Origin: Candidatus Pacearchaeota archaeon
Lineage (GTDB): Archaea; Nanobdellota; Nanobdellia; Pacearchaeales; GW2011-AR1
NCBI GenBank assembly: GCA_002688015.1
Contig: NZBT01000006.1
Span: 915-64,914 of the forward strand
Direction: 5' to 3'
DNA: 64,000 nucleotides
Of this stretch, positions 1-9,754 are shown piece after piece (the first letter of the stretch is position 1; each line of letters begins with the position of its first letter). The translations under genes and the position numbers were made by a program. The notes below the pieces were generated by a model, which was not told the origin of the DNA, did no database searches, and saw only the letters and a program-made list of their open reading frames with translations.

Positions 1-2
1 TT

Positions 3-1082
3 TGTGATGATGGTTTAGACAATGATGGAGATGGATTGTTTGATTGTTTAGATACAGTTGATTGTTCAGCCCATGCCTCTTGTGTTGTTGCTAGTGTTTG
101 TAATGCTGATTTCAATTATGGAGTGACTGCATGTGTTAATGATAGAACAATAAAGTATCCTTCATCGATTGTGAATATAACTGGAGTGGGATGTACTGCT
201 GCAAATATAACACTTCCTGCAAATGTGACGACGCTTAGCGATTGTGATGGAAATGGAATTATTGGAAGCTTGGAAGATGTGGTTACAGATAATGTTGATA
301 TAGAGATATTTGTCGATGGAAATGATCTTGATGAAACAGGAGACTATTCTGGGAGGTCGAGAGATATAGAAATAGTTGATGAAGATGAAGATATTGTGAT
401 AGTTGAGTTGGATGATTTCGATTTTGATGATGATCTTTTGGATTTAACAGAGTTGGAAATTCGGATGGCTAGAAGTTCAGGTAAATATGGATATCTGATT
501 GTTGAAGGACTTTCAGGAGATGAGAAAGTATTTACCTTTAGGAAGCTGAATAGTGAAAGTGAATATGTTTGTGTCAAAGAAAGAACTGGAATTGATAGCA
601 TAAGTTCTATTAGTAAAAAGTGTGACAGATCTGGGGAAGACTTAGTGAAATGTGATGGAGATGCTTATGAAGATTATAGGTGTAATATTTTTGAATACAG
701 TGGAGATGATTACTTCGAGGTTTCAGGGTTGAAGAAGGGAGGAGTTAGAGAGATTTTGCCTGAGGATATAGGAGTTTCTGACGACGGAACTGACGACGGA
801 GCTGACGACGGAACACCTGGAGGAGGAACTGGAGTAGAAAATGTGACTGGAGGAACTGGCGGAGGAAATGTGACTGGAGGTTCTGGAGAAGGAAGTAGTA
901 CAAAAGTGCCTTCTCGGGCTATTTTGTGGGTTATTCTTGGGACTTTGCTATTAGCGATATTAATAGTTGGGATTGCTCTGTTGATGTTATTCTTTAACAA
1001 AAAGAAGAAGAAACCAGATTTGAATCTTGGACGTGGAGTTATAATTAAGAATCCTTTTGCTAGGAAGGGATTTCGATATTAA
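3..1082 (+). CDS. Cys-rich cell-surface protein, C-terminal part (5'-truncated by window): CDDGLDNDGDG..DC motif, conserved Cys domain, Gly/Thr linker, TM anchor, basic tail
   Basis: Frame is open from base 3 (CDDGLDNDGDGLFDCLDTVDC), so the track's TTG start at 36 is not the real start. TM ILWVILGTLLLAILIVGIALLMLFF followed by KKKKK. Domain shared with the next gene's C-terminus. Confidence 0.85.
   Translation, partial: CDDGLDNDGDGLFDCLDTVDCSAHASCVVASVCNADFNYGVTACVNDRTIKYPSSIVNITGVGCTAANITLPANVTTLSDCDGNGIIGSLEDVVTDNVDIEIFVDGNDLDETGDYSGRSRDIEIVDEDEDIVIVELDDFDFDDDLLDLTELEIRMARSSGKYGYLIVEGLSGDEKVFTFRKLNSESEYVCVKERTGIDSISSISKKCDRSGEDLVKCDGDAYEDYRCNIFEYSGDDYFEVSGLKKGGVREILPEDIGVSDDGTDDGADDGTPGGGTGVENVTGGTGGGNVTGGSGEGSSTKVPSRAILWVILGTLLLAILIVGIALLMLFFNKKKKKPDLNLGRGVIIKNPFARKGFRY
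778..813 (+). repeat. In-frame 12-nt tandem repeat (DDG[T/A]) x3 in surface-protein linker
   Basis: ctgacgacggaa ctgacgacggag ctgacgacggaa; two NVTGG units follow. Confidence 0.8.
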
Positions 1083-1175
1083 TTTAGAATAAGATGAGAA
1101 TAAAAGAAAATAAGTATTTATAAAGCTACAATCATTATAAAATAGAATAGAAATTTAGTACAAATTGAATATAAA

Positions 1176-1238
1176 ATGAAAATAAAGCAGACAAGAAGTC
1201 CGCTAATTATTCATTTTCAAAAACGGAATAAAAAATGA
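1176..1238 (+). CDS. Putative 20-aa upstream ORF MKIKQTRSPLIIHFQKRNKK; stop overlaps next ATG (ATGA)
   Basis: Hand translation; homologous to 12790..12852. Translation not demonstrated. Confidence 0.45.
   Translation: MKIKQTRSPLIIHFQKRNKK
1179..1228. repeat. 50-bp dispersed intergenic element, copy 1
   Basis: 42/50 ungapped identity by hand alignment to 12787..12836. Confidence 0.9.
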
Positions 1239-4200
1239 AAATAAGAGGTTTAAATGTTGGGAATAAGGTAATTTATTTATCTGTTTTTCTTGTAATACTT
1301 TTAGTTTTGCTATCTGTGGCTATTTATAATCTTAATACTTTGGAGAAAGAGAAATTATTGCAATTGGCCCCTCCAACAGATGATATTCTATATTATGATT
1401 TTGATACTTTGACAGAATTGAGTCAACCTGTTTTGTTTGATATTGGGGGTGGAGAAGACAAAGTTAATTTGGGAGATAGTTTACCTATCGAACCTTGGAG
1501 TCTTTCTGAAGATCATTTGAGAACTGTGCTTGGGAATGAAATTTATAATAATGGGGATGGAGATGGGTTTGAATATAATCAGAACATTTATTTTTCAGAT
1601 AATTTTGTTTTGAAGCACAAAGCTAATGGTACCAATTATTCTGTAATTGGTTTAGAGAATGATAATGGAGAAATTTTTACTTATAGTCTGACATTTACTA
1701 CTTCTCCAAGTGCTGGATTTGAGGGAACCATGTTAAGATTTTTAGGAAAGGAGTATTATGTTCAGAGTTATGATTCTTCTGCAGGGATGAAAGTTTTCGA
1801 TTCTATTTTGGAAGAGTTTAATGTGACTCTTAATGAAAGTGGCGGAGGGAGTGTAGCGTCGAGGTATGATGGAGATGATATAGTTGGTTTGAAGATATTA
1901 AGTATTGGAGCTGGGACTGTTACATTAGAAGAGAATTTGGTGAATATTGGAACACTTAGTGAGGGAGATACGTATGAATTATCAGAGGGAGTTTATTTGG
2001 GAGTCAAGAAGATTAATTATGTTGCAAGTGGATTTAGTACTGTTGAATTAGTTGTTGGAAATGTTAAGACAGATTTTGTGAATGGAGGAAATATAAAAGT
2101 TAATGATGAAGATGTTGAGGGATATGCTGTTTCTATAACTGATTCAGGGAGTTTTGAATTGAGTATTGTTTATAGTGAGAATTTATTTTTGGAAGATGGA
2201 ATGAGTTTTGATTTGCCTGTTTTCGAGACTCTGTCTTTTGGACTTAATGTTAATGATAGACAGGAAAGAGGAATCGTTTCCGTTTTGAATAATTCAGAGA
2301 GAATAACTTTTTCTGCGAATATAAATGGAGTGTTGAGGAAAATTGATTTGCTTAGTGTTTCTAGTACTGGAGAGATTAGAATAGGAAACTCTACTGATAA
2401 ACTTCTTGCTGTGAGTGGAAATAGTTTGGATGTAGAAGCTGATTCTGGTTTGGGAATTGTTCAATCAGATTTCATAACTACTTTTAGTGACGCTATTAAT
2501 TCTGTGGATAGAAATAATGAGATGATGGCTCAGACATTTTTACTTTCTCAAGGTTCAGCGCAGTCTATAAATGAAGTTAAACTTTTTGTTAAGAGAACAG
2601 CTTCTAATGATAAGGGGTTTGTAAAGATGTTTTTGACAGGAGTTGATGTTGATGAAAAGCCGGATTTGAGTAATATTTTATCAGAGTTACAAGAGATAAA
2701 TATTTCTAATTTGAGTGAAGATAGTTATGAATGGATTAGTCTTAGTATTCCCGTTGTTACTTTAGATATTGGGGAGAGCTATGCGGTAGTTATTAACGGA
2801 ACGAATATAATTGGGACCGATGCTAATAATTTTGCTTGGGCATTTAGCGATGCCGATCCTTATGCGGATGGAGAAATTCACAGGAAAGCATACAATACCG
2901 ATACTTGGAATCCTTCAGGGACTGGTAGAGACTTTGCTTTTGAATTGAAAGGATTCAACTCTCTTTCTAGGAGGGAATTTTTTGCTTCTGTAGGAGACCA
3001 GACTTATGGAGAGAGTTATTTATTGAATGTAAAAGATATGACTATATCTGATACAGAAGAGAGAATTGTTTTGGAGAATATTTTTGATGGGGCAGAAGAG
3101 GATTTGAATGTTGGAGAGTTTAATGAATATGGGAATGTAAAAGTTGAAGTAAAAAGCGTTTTGGCGGGAAGGAATGGATTTTCGTTAGAGGTTTCTCCTG
3201 TTGATGGTATTGGAACTGGAAGCTTTGAAAAGATTTATACAGATTCTGGATTATCTGTTAATATTCCTACTGATCTAAGTGGAGAAAGTGTAATCTTAGA
3301 ATTTGAAGAAGAAGATGTTGGGACAAAGGGAGAAAGTTTTGATATTGTTGTTGGGAAGACTTTAGATGGGAATTTGAGTGTTAAGGGCACTTCTTTACAA
3401 GAGTTTTCAGATACTTTGACAGGAAGAAATGTTTCTTATGTTGTTTCTGGTTTTGCTACAAGAGTTGAGAGAGAAGGGAATTTAGATAATTCTTCTGTCG
3501 AGATTAAATATTATGGAGAAGAACTTTATGGAGAATTGAGAGTTGAAGAGATTGGAGAAAATATTTATTCTAGGAGTGCTCTTCTTGATTTAAGAGGGGG
3601 CGAAAGTATTGGGACAATTAAAGGGGTAAGATTAGAAGAAGGGCAATTTGAAAATGCAGCAATGTTTACAGGAAATGGAGAGTATGTTGAAGTTGGAGGA
3701 AGCCCAGATATTGATTCTTTAGAACAGGGAAGTTATACACTTGCTGCTTGGTATAGGCCTTTGGGTGTTCCTGGAGATGGACATGCAATTATTGCAAAAT
3801 CAGAAAATGGCTTGGCTGAGGGACAGACTAATCTGTATCCTATAGGGCTTAAGTATAAGATGACAGGAGCTGATGAAGGATTTGCTATGACTCATTATGA
3901 AGGAAGCAGTGGATATGAAGCAGTTACTTCAGGGCCTGGATTTGGTGTTGATGGAGATTATTTAGTTACAGGTGTTGTTGATAGGGCTGCTGGAAAAGTT
4001 AAAATATATGTGAATGGAATTCTTGAGGATACTAGAAATATTGCATCTATTACATCTGCAAGAACTTATGATAGTAATTGGAGAATTGGAATTTCCAATA
4101 TTAATTCTAGTGTTTCTATGGAAGAATATTCTGCTAATGGTTTAGTTGATGAAGTCAAGATGTGGGATCGGGCTTTGACTGATTCTGAGGTTTCAGAACT

Positions 4201-5818
4201 TTACAATTCATATGAAGTTCCTTCTAATATTCTCTTGATAATTCCAGAGAATTGTGCCGCCGTTAGTTTGCAAAGTGCTTGGAATGCGATATTTAAGAGA
4301 GCAGACTTTGCAGATAGAGATGTATTGTTTACTAGCGGGGCCGTTCATGGAGGCGGCTGTAGTGATTATTTTGTATATGGTCTTATTAGTGAAGGGGTTT
4401 CTTTCCAAGGAGATTATGTTATGATGGGGAGTTCTGAGAGTGTTACAGAGGCAGGAGATAATGTGTATAACATTACAGAAGAGTCATTTGTGTTTAGTTG
4501 GTTTAATGTTTCTTATGAGAATAATTTATCTGAGTTTACAGCTTTAGGGAATTTGAGTGTTTTGAGTTATTTGCCAAATGATGGTGGTGTTGATTTTATT
4601 AGAGATAAAGTTGTTCGTTTCTCAGGAAATGGATTGTCTAAAATTTCTGCAATCAATTCTATTCTTACAGATTTCAATGGTGAAATTAATATGAATGATT
4701 TCCATGAGAGGATTGTTATGACTCCAGAAGAGAATTTGACATTTTATGATTATGGAACAAGACATTTAGGAGGAGATCTTAATTTGAGCATTAGTGCTAA
4801 TTACACATATATTTTATTAGACTTTTATAAGAAGACCTTTGTTTCTGGGCCCGATCCAGAAGTTCCTCTTTGTAATTTTGAACTTCGGAATACGACTTGT
4901 AGCGAAGATACGAAGATAAGATATCCTCATTTGTTGGAAACAGCAAATTGTAGAGTTTCTGTTCCTGTTAATGAGACGTTTATTGAAGATTGTGACAGTA
5001 ACAATATTACGGGGAGATTAAAGAATTTGGGAAGACAGAATTTGATTTTACATATGAAGATTAATGGAACACAGACTGATGGATCTGGAGCAGTTCAGAC
5101 AGGAAAGAAGAAAGTGGAGTTTATTGAAAACGGTAGTGTTGTTAGAGTTGAATTTGAGCATGACTTTGATTCAAAGGTTTTAGATTTATCAAGTATAGAG
5201 ATTATTAAACAGGATTCGAATGATGATTTCGGTTACCTTATTGTTAGAGGAATACAGAGCACTAAGACTATTAGAATTGATAGATTAGATAGTTCAAGTG
5301 ACAAGGTTTGTATTGAAGATAGAGATGGAGTTACTAGTGTTAGTGATATTAGTAGGAGTTGTGGAGGAAGTTTTGAGTATGAGATAGATTGTGATGGGAC
5401 AAGGGAAGATGGATTTACTTGTGAAGAATCTCTCGATGAGGATTATTATATTGTTTCTGGGCTTTCACATAGCGGAGTTAAGGAATATGTTCCTAGTTCT
5501 GGGCGGACGCCAAACGGAGGAAATAATAATGGGGGAGGGAATAGAAGGACTACAACTCCTAATAATAATTCGGGATCAGGAGGATCAGGATCAGGGAGTG
5601 GAAGTGGTTCAGGAGGATCAGGAGGCAGTGGAACTGATGATGATGATGATGATGATGGTGGGAAAGTTTGGCTTTGGATTATTATAGGTATTTTGGCGGT
5701 TGGAATAATCTCAGTTGCAATATATCTTCTTCGAATTGTTTTGGATAAGGGAACTGAAGATTCAAGGTTTCTTGTTAGACAAGATCCAATGACAAGAACT
5801 CAATTAGGTGGATATTGA
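1235..5818 (+). CDS. Large multidomain surface protein: N-terminal TM, S-layer-like region, LamG/ConA-like domain, Cys-rich C-terminal domain, Gly/Ser/Asp linker, C-terminal TM
   Basis: 1527 aa, acidic, many NxS/T sequons. LamG signatures YTLAAWY, VKIYVNG, GLVDEVKMWDRALTDSEV. TM VWLWIIIGILAVGIISVAIYLL. Confidence 0.85.
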   Translation: MKIRGLNVGNKVIYLSVFLVILLVLLSVAIYNLNTLEKEKLLQLAPPTDDILYYDFDTLTELSQPVLFDIGGGEDKVNLGDSLPIEPWSLSEDHLRTVLGNEIYNNGDGDGFEYNQNIYFSDNFVLKHKANGTNYSVIGLENDNGEIFTYSLTFTTSPSAGFEGTMLRFLGKEYYVQSYDSSAGMKVFDSILEEFNVTLNESGGGSVASRYDGDDIVGLKILSIGAGTVTLEENLVNIGTLSEGDTYELSEGVYLGVKKINYVASGFSTVELVVGNVKTDFVNGGNIKVNDEDVEGYAVSITDSGSFELSIVYSENLFLEDGMSFDLPVFETLSFGLNVNDRQERGIVSVLNNSERITFSANINGVLRKIDLLSVSSTGEIRIGNSTDKLLAVSGNSLDVEADSGLGIVQSDFITTFSDAINSVDRNNEMMAQTFLLSQGSAQSINEVKLFVKRTASNDKGFVKMFLTGVDVDEKPDLSNILSELQEINISNLSEDSYEWISLSIPVVTLDIGESYAVVINGTNIIGTDANNFAWAFSDADPYADGEIHRKAYNTDTWNPSGTGRDFAFELKGFNSLSRREFFASVGDQTYGESYLLNVKDMTISDTEERIVLENIFDGAEEDLNVGEFNEYGNVKVEVKSVLAGRNGFSLEVSPVDGIGTGSFEKIYTDSGLSVNIPTDLSGESVILEFEEEDVGTKGESFDIVVGKTLDGNLSVKGTSLQEFSDTLTGRNVSYVVSGFATRVEREGNLDNSSVEIKYYGEELYGELRVEEIGENIYSRSALLDLRGGESIGTIKGVRLEEGQFENAAMFTGNGEYVEVGGSPDIDSLEQGSYTLAAWYRPLGVPGDGHAIIAKSENGLAEGQTNLYPIGLKYKMTGADEGFAMTHYEGSSGYEAVTSGPGFGVDGDYLVTGVVDRAAGKVKIYVNGILEDTRNIASITSARTYDSNWRIGISNINSSVSMEEYSANGLVDEVKMWDRALTDSEVSELYNSYEVPSNILLIIPENCAAVSLQSAWNAIFKRADFADRDVLFTSGAVHGGGCSDYFVYGLISEGVSFQGDYVMMGSSESVTEAGDNVYNITEESFVFSWFNVSYENNLSEFTALGNLSVLSYLPNDGGVDFIRDKVVRFSGNGLSKISAINSILTDFNGEINMNDFHERIVMTPEENLTFYDYGTRHLGGDLNLSISANYTYILLDFYKKTFVSGPDPEVPLCNFELRNTTCSEDTKIRYPHLLETANCRVSVPVNETFIEDCDSNNITGRLKNLGRQNLILHMKINGTQTDGSGAVQTGKKKVEFIENGSVVRVEFEHDFDSKVLDLSSIEIIKQDSNDDFGYLIVRGIQSTKTIRIDRLDSSSDKVCIEDRDGVTSVSDISRSCGGSFEYEIDCDGTREDGFTCEESLDEDYYIVSGLSHSGVKEYVPSSGRTPNGGNNNGGGNRRTTTPNNNSGSGGSGSGSGSGSGGSGGSGTDDDDDDDGGKVWLWIIIGILAVGIISVAIYLLRIVLDKGTEDSRFLVRQDPMTRTQLGGY

Positions 5819-5881
5819 TTTTCTTGTTCTTAAAGAGCTTTAAAAAGCTTTATAAAGAGCTTTTTATAGATAATAGGGAAG

Positions 5882-6430
5882 ATGGTTGCTAAATCTAATC
5901 TAAAAGTACAAAATATCGTCGCTACTACGTCTCTTGGGAAGCCTGTTAGTTTGACTAAATTAGCTAGAAGTCAGAGCAATACAGAATATAATCCAGAACA
6001 GTTTCCAGGGCTTGTTTTGAGGATTAAAAAGCCAAAATCTGCAGTTCTGGTATTTAGTTCAGGGAACTTGGTTTGTACAGGGACGAAATCAGTAGCTCAA
6101 GTTAAAGAAGTTATTAATCAAGTTATAAAGCAAATTGGGAAAATAGGTGTTAAGATTACAGATAAGCCAAAGATTACAGTTCAGAATATTGTTGCTTCTG
6201 GAAGTATTGATTTGAATTTGAACCTTAATGTATTAGCGTTACAATTGGAAAATACAGAATATGAGCCTGAGCAGTTTCCAGGGCTTGTGTATAAGTTAGT
6301 TGATCCTCCTGCTACTTTTCTTTTGTTTTCAAATGGGAAGTTGGTTTGTACGGGAACGAAGGATAGGAATCAGCTTGAAGAAAGTATGAAACAGCTTAAT
6401 AGGAATGTTAAGGAAGCTGTTAAGAAGTGA
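5882..6430 (+). CDS. tbp: TATA-box binding protein
   Basis: Two TBP repeats: QNIVA..EY(N/E)PEQFPGL..L(V/L)FS(S/N)G.LVCTG. Confidence 0.99.
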   Translation: MVAKSNLKVQNIVATTSLGKPVSLTKLARSQSNTEYNPEQFPGLVLRIKKPKSAVLVFSSGNLVCTGTKSVAQVKEVINQVIKQIGKIGVKITDKPKITVQNIVASGSIDLNLNLNVLALQLENTEYEPEQFPGLVYKLVDPPATFLLFSNGKLVCTGTKDRNQLEESMKQLNRNVKEAVKK

Positions 6431-6433
6431 TTT

Positions 6434-7033
6434 CTATTCAATTTGATATTTTTCTCTGATTTTGTGTGCTAAATCTATAAGGGGTTTTACTTTGGGATCA
6501 TCTAGAGGATATTCTTCAGTTTCTTTGCCAGACAAGATGCATAAGTTTCCTATGCTTGGGATGTAGACACCATTGTTTAATCTTGCTATAGGAGTTGAAC
6601 CTATTTGAAATATTCCAAAATAATAAAGATTTTTCAAGGAAACTTCGCGAACCTTTTTTGAACCTGTTAATTCTCCAACCAATGTGTATGGAATTTCTGT
6701 ATTCATAACTCTTGTACTCCCAAATCTTACAAAACTTCCTTTTCCTCCTGTTGTGATTGGGTCTGAAGTGATTTGAGTGCTAAATGCGAGGGCGAAAATA
6801 TTGAAAGGATTTCCAGGGTTTCCAATGCTTCTTTTTTCTGTTTCTACTGTGCTTTCGCAATATAAGTCATCAGTTCTTTTTTCTAAATCATTGTTTAAAG
6901 CAGATTCCATTACTTCTTTGCCTCTTTCTAGTGGAGAAATTTTTGGAGAAGAAGTGCAGGCAGGCAGAAAGAATGCAGATGCTCCTATCACTAGGGCAGA
7001 TAAAGATGTTGTTATGTGCTTTGTTCTTTTCAT
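6434..7033 (-). CDS. Hypothetical lipoprotein
   Basis: Basic N-terminus, hydrophobic stretch, lipobox-like LPAC at residue 26. Confidence 0.7.
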   Translation of the reverse strand: MKRTKHITTSLSALVIGASAFFLPACTSSPKISPLERGKEVMESALNNDLEKRTDDLYCESTVETEKRSIGNPGNPFNIFALAFSTQITSDPITTGGKGSFVRFGSTRVMNTEIPYTLVGELTGSKKVREVSLKNLYYFGIFQIGSTPIARLNNGVYIPSIGNLCILSGKETEEYPLDDPKVKPLIDLAHKIREKYQIE

Positions 7034-7072
7034 GATATTTGGGCGATGAGATGATATTTATTCTTTACTATG

Positions 7073-8263
7073 TTAGAAGAATTGTTGGAGTTTTAGTTGT
7101 TGTTTTTTGTTTTTGAGAAGGATTGATTTATCTGTGTAATAGTTTATGGGGATTCTCATATTGCTTTGTATATGTTCTAGAGCAAGAGAAAGTGAAGGGA
7201 AGGTTTCTGGAGGAGAGGAGAAAGCTTGTCTACTGACTTGTCGCAGAATGCCGACACCAAGAGGGGCGTAGTATTCTGGACGAATTTCTCTGAATACGAG
7301 GCAGGAAGCTTGTTTACGAATTTTCATTAGATATTCACAAAGAGCGAGACGGTTTGCATAATATGCGCCAGTAACAGAGTTAGCATATTTTCTTCTTGGA
7401 AAGAAGGATTCATGATCATGCCATACGGCGAAAGATTTCATTGCAATTTCCATTACTTCGAATTCCCAGGTATCTGGAATGAGGAGAAAGTGATAATGGT
7501 TTCCTACATAATTTGAGGAAAACACGAGAAATTCAGAGATTTGAGGAAAGAATTTTATTTGTTTTAGTTTTTCTTTTGATAGGGTATCGTCGACGGCAGT
7601 TATAGACCAACGAGTGGGAACGAGAATGCGATTCTTTTTCATTCCTAGAAGACCAGCGGAGAGGATTTTCATTATGTTGGAACTTTGGATTCCAGCGGAA
7701 TCAAGTTCAAGGATTGCTGTTTTAGATTTTGTTTCATTATCGGAGACAAGGGATTCAACTTTATTTTTTACTTGAGGATTTTCTTGAAGCTTGACTTGGG
7801 AAACGGGAGCGGCATTGCTTATTAGAGGAACACGAGAATCAGATTCTAAATTTTTTGTTATTGATTTCTTTAACTTAAAGGAAGTTGATACGGATTTATG
7901 AGTCATCGCAATTTCTTGCATTGTTTTGAGGAACTTTAGGTTTTTATTGTTTGCTGAGGAATTTGTGAAGACTGGAGATTTAATATGTCCTTTTGTTCTC
8001 CCGTAGATTAATTGGTTTCTGAATTTTAGGATTGAAGGGATTTGAAGACGGTTTTTATGCCAGAGTTCGTGTGATGAGAGGATTTCTGTGTTTCCGTGTT
8101 CTGTAGGACTTAAGATTCCTATGTTTATGTTTGGATAGTTGTAACGGCCTACAAAGACTTCTGGCGGGCTTGATCCTGAAAATGCAGAAAGAGAAACAGC
8201 CTTTCCTAAGAAGAGAGAATGTTTTTTACAGTTATCTTGGCCGCAGATTTTACAATAAGACAT
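7073..8263 (-). CDS. nreA: Archaeal Nre-family DNA repair protein with C-terminal PIP box
   Basis: GSSPPEVFVGRYNYP, RILVPTRWSITAVDD, GAYYANRLA, REIRPEYYAPLGV; C-terminal QLKLQQFF. Confidence 0.93.
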   Translation of the reverse strand: MSYCKICGQDNCKKHSLFLGKAVSLSAFSGSSPPEVFVGRYNYPNINIGILSPTEHGNTEILSSHELWHKNRLQIPSILKFRNQLIYGRTKGHIKSPVFTNSSANNKNLKFLKTMQEIAMTHKSVSTSFKLKKSITKNLESDSRVPLISNAAPVSQVKLQENPQVKNKVESLVSDNETKSKTAILELDSAGIQSSNIMKILSAGLLGMKKNRILVPTRWSITAVDDTLSKEKLKQIKFFPQISEFLVFSSNYVGNHYHFLLIPDTWEFEVMEIAMKSFAVWHDHESFFPRRKYANSVTGAYYANRLALCEYLMKIRKQASCLVFREIRPEYYAPLGVGILRQVSRQAFSSPPETFPSLSLALEHIQSNMRIPINYYTDKSILLKNKKQQLKLQQFF

Positions 8264-8332
8264 TGAGGAATTTGGAAAAGATATGTTATATAGTTGTGTT
8301 ACACTTCAATAGGAGCTAAGAGGAAATTAGAG

Positions 8333-8536
8333 TTAACCTTTCAAATCAGAGATTCCTAGAAGGATGAATAGAATACCAAGCATTGCGATAAACCAGAAAA
8401 TTCCACCTTTGAGGAATACCCAAGCAGCAGATCTGAAATTCCAGAATGATCCCCACCAATCAGCAGAGTACCACGCAATTATGATTGCTCCAATCACAAG
8501 TATTAGTCCCAATAGTAGTTCGGCCCATTTATTCAT
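8333..8536 (-). CDS. Small two-TM membrane protein
   Basis: 67 aa, two hydrophobic helices, TATA-like box upstream. Confidence 0.8.
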   Translation of the reverse strand: MNKWAELLLGLILVIGAIIIAWYSADWWGSFWNFRSAAWVFLKGGIFWFIAMLGILFILLGISDLKG

Positions 8537-8647
8537 GTCTTTCTTAGAAATAATGGATATTTAAAGTTTTTCACAATTTTTTCACTACTTAATATGATAA
8601 AATTTCATGATAGGAAATTTATTTAAGTCGAAGAAACAGATAGTGAT

Positions 8648-9754
8648 ATGGAAAAAAAGGGGATTATTATCATTTTAGTTTTGGCAATTATCATTGTTTT
8701 AGGTGTTTTTATTTGGAGTTTTTTGAGAATAGACTTAAGTCCTGACGTTGGGAGAGGGGAGATTGAAGAATGTAAAACTCTTAAGTATAATGGAGAGGGG
8801 AAAATAGATATTGTTTTTCTTTCTGATGGGGGGACCGCTAAGAAGTATTCAGATTATCTTTTGAATATTGATCCTTTTAAGGAGAATACAGAAGATTTTA
8901 ATTTTTATTATGTAGATGATTATGAGCCTGAGTGTGAGTTTTACAAAGACATTGCTTTATTGTGTTATAATAAAGAGGTTGTGAAGAAAGCGGGGAGCTG
9001 TCCAAATGATTATGTTGTTGTTGTTAGAGAAGAGAAGAGTAATATTAGAAGTTCAAGTTATATGAATGTTATGAGTTTGAATAGTAAACATAAACTGAAT
9101 GTGTTTCCACATGAGTTTGGGCATGCCTTTGCTAGTTTTGCAGAAGAGTATGTTCCAGGAAATATTCCTAAGAATGCAAAGAATTGTGTTGCTGAATGTG
9201 CTGATTTTCAAGGAGAAGAAGAAGGATGTTTTGAGGGATGTTCGAAAACAAACAGAATTAGAAGTGTGAATAATGGAGTAATGAGAAGTTTGAGTTCTGA
9301 TGATTTTGGCGATTTTAATGAGAAAATTTTACAAGAGAGAATTGATGAGAGTCTAGGAAAGCAAGGAGGGAGTATAACTGGAAGAGTTGGAGAAGTGTTT
9401 ACTGAATGTGTTGATCAAGAATATTATTTGTTAACATTAGAGAAGACAAGTGAGGGGATTGTTGAGAAGAAGAAAAATTTAGAAGTAGGTTGTCTTCCAG
9501 CTTTGAGCACAGGAAGTTATAGTTATAGTTTTTTGGGAGCTGAGGGTGGAGGGAATTTCGATCCTGAAAATTTATTTACTGTTGTGGAAGATGATTCTGG
9601 AGAGACTGGGGGAGAGACTTATAGTTATTTAGGAGAATTTTTACTTCCTGTTCCAATTGTAGACGGGGCAGAGGTGTTGAGAATAGACGATGGGGCTGGA
9701 ATTGTGCTTGAAGTAAATTTATTAGATGTTGATGCGAGGGCATGTAGAATATGA
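8648..9754 (+). CDS. Membrane-anchored zincin metalloprotease, peptidase M64 (IgA peptidase)-like
   Basis: KKG plus TM at N-terminus; KIDIVFL, PFKE...FNFY, HEFGHAFASFAEEY, RS...GVMR; Cys-rich. Confidence 0.8.
   Translation: MEKKGIIIILVLAIIIVLGVFIWSFLRIDLSPDVGRGEIEECKTLKYNGEGKIDIVFLSDGGTAKKYSDYLLNIDPFKENTEDFNFYYVDDYEPECEFYKDIALLCYNKEVVKKAGSCPNDYVVVVREEKSNIRSSSYMNVMSLNSKHKLNVFPHEFGHAFASFAEEYVPGNIPKNAKNCVAECADFQGEEEGCFEGCSKTNRIRSVNNGVMRSLSSDDFGDFNEKILQERIDESLGKQGGSITGRVGEVFTECVDQEYYLLTLEKTSEGIVEKKKNLEVGCLPALSTGSYSYSFLGAEGGGNFDPENLFTVVEDDSGETGGETYSYLGEFLLPVPIVDGAEVLRIDDGAGIVLEVNLLDVDARACRI

Noticed and set aside
5391..5687. ORF with a poly-Met run
   Set aside because: Out-of-frame reading of the (GAT)n poly-Asp linker of the surface protein.
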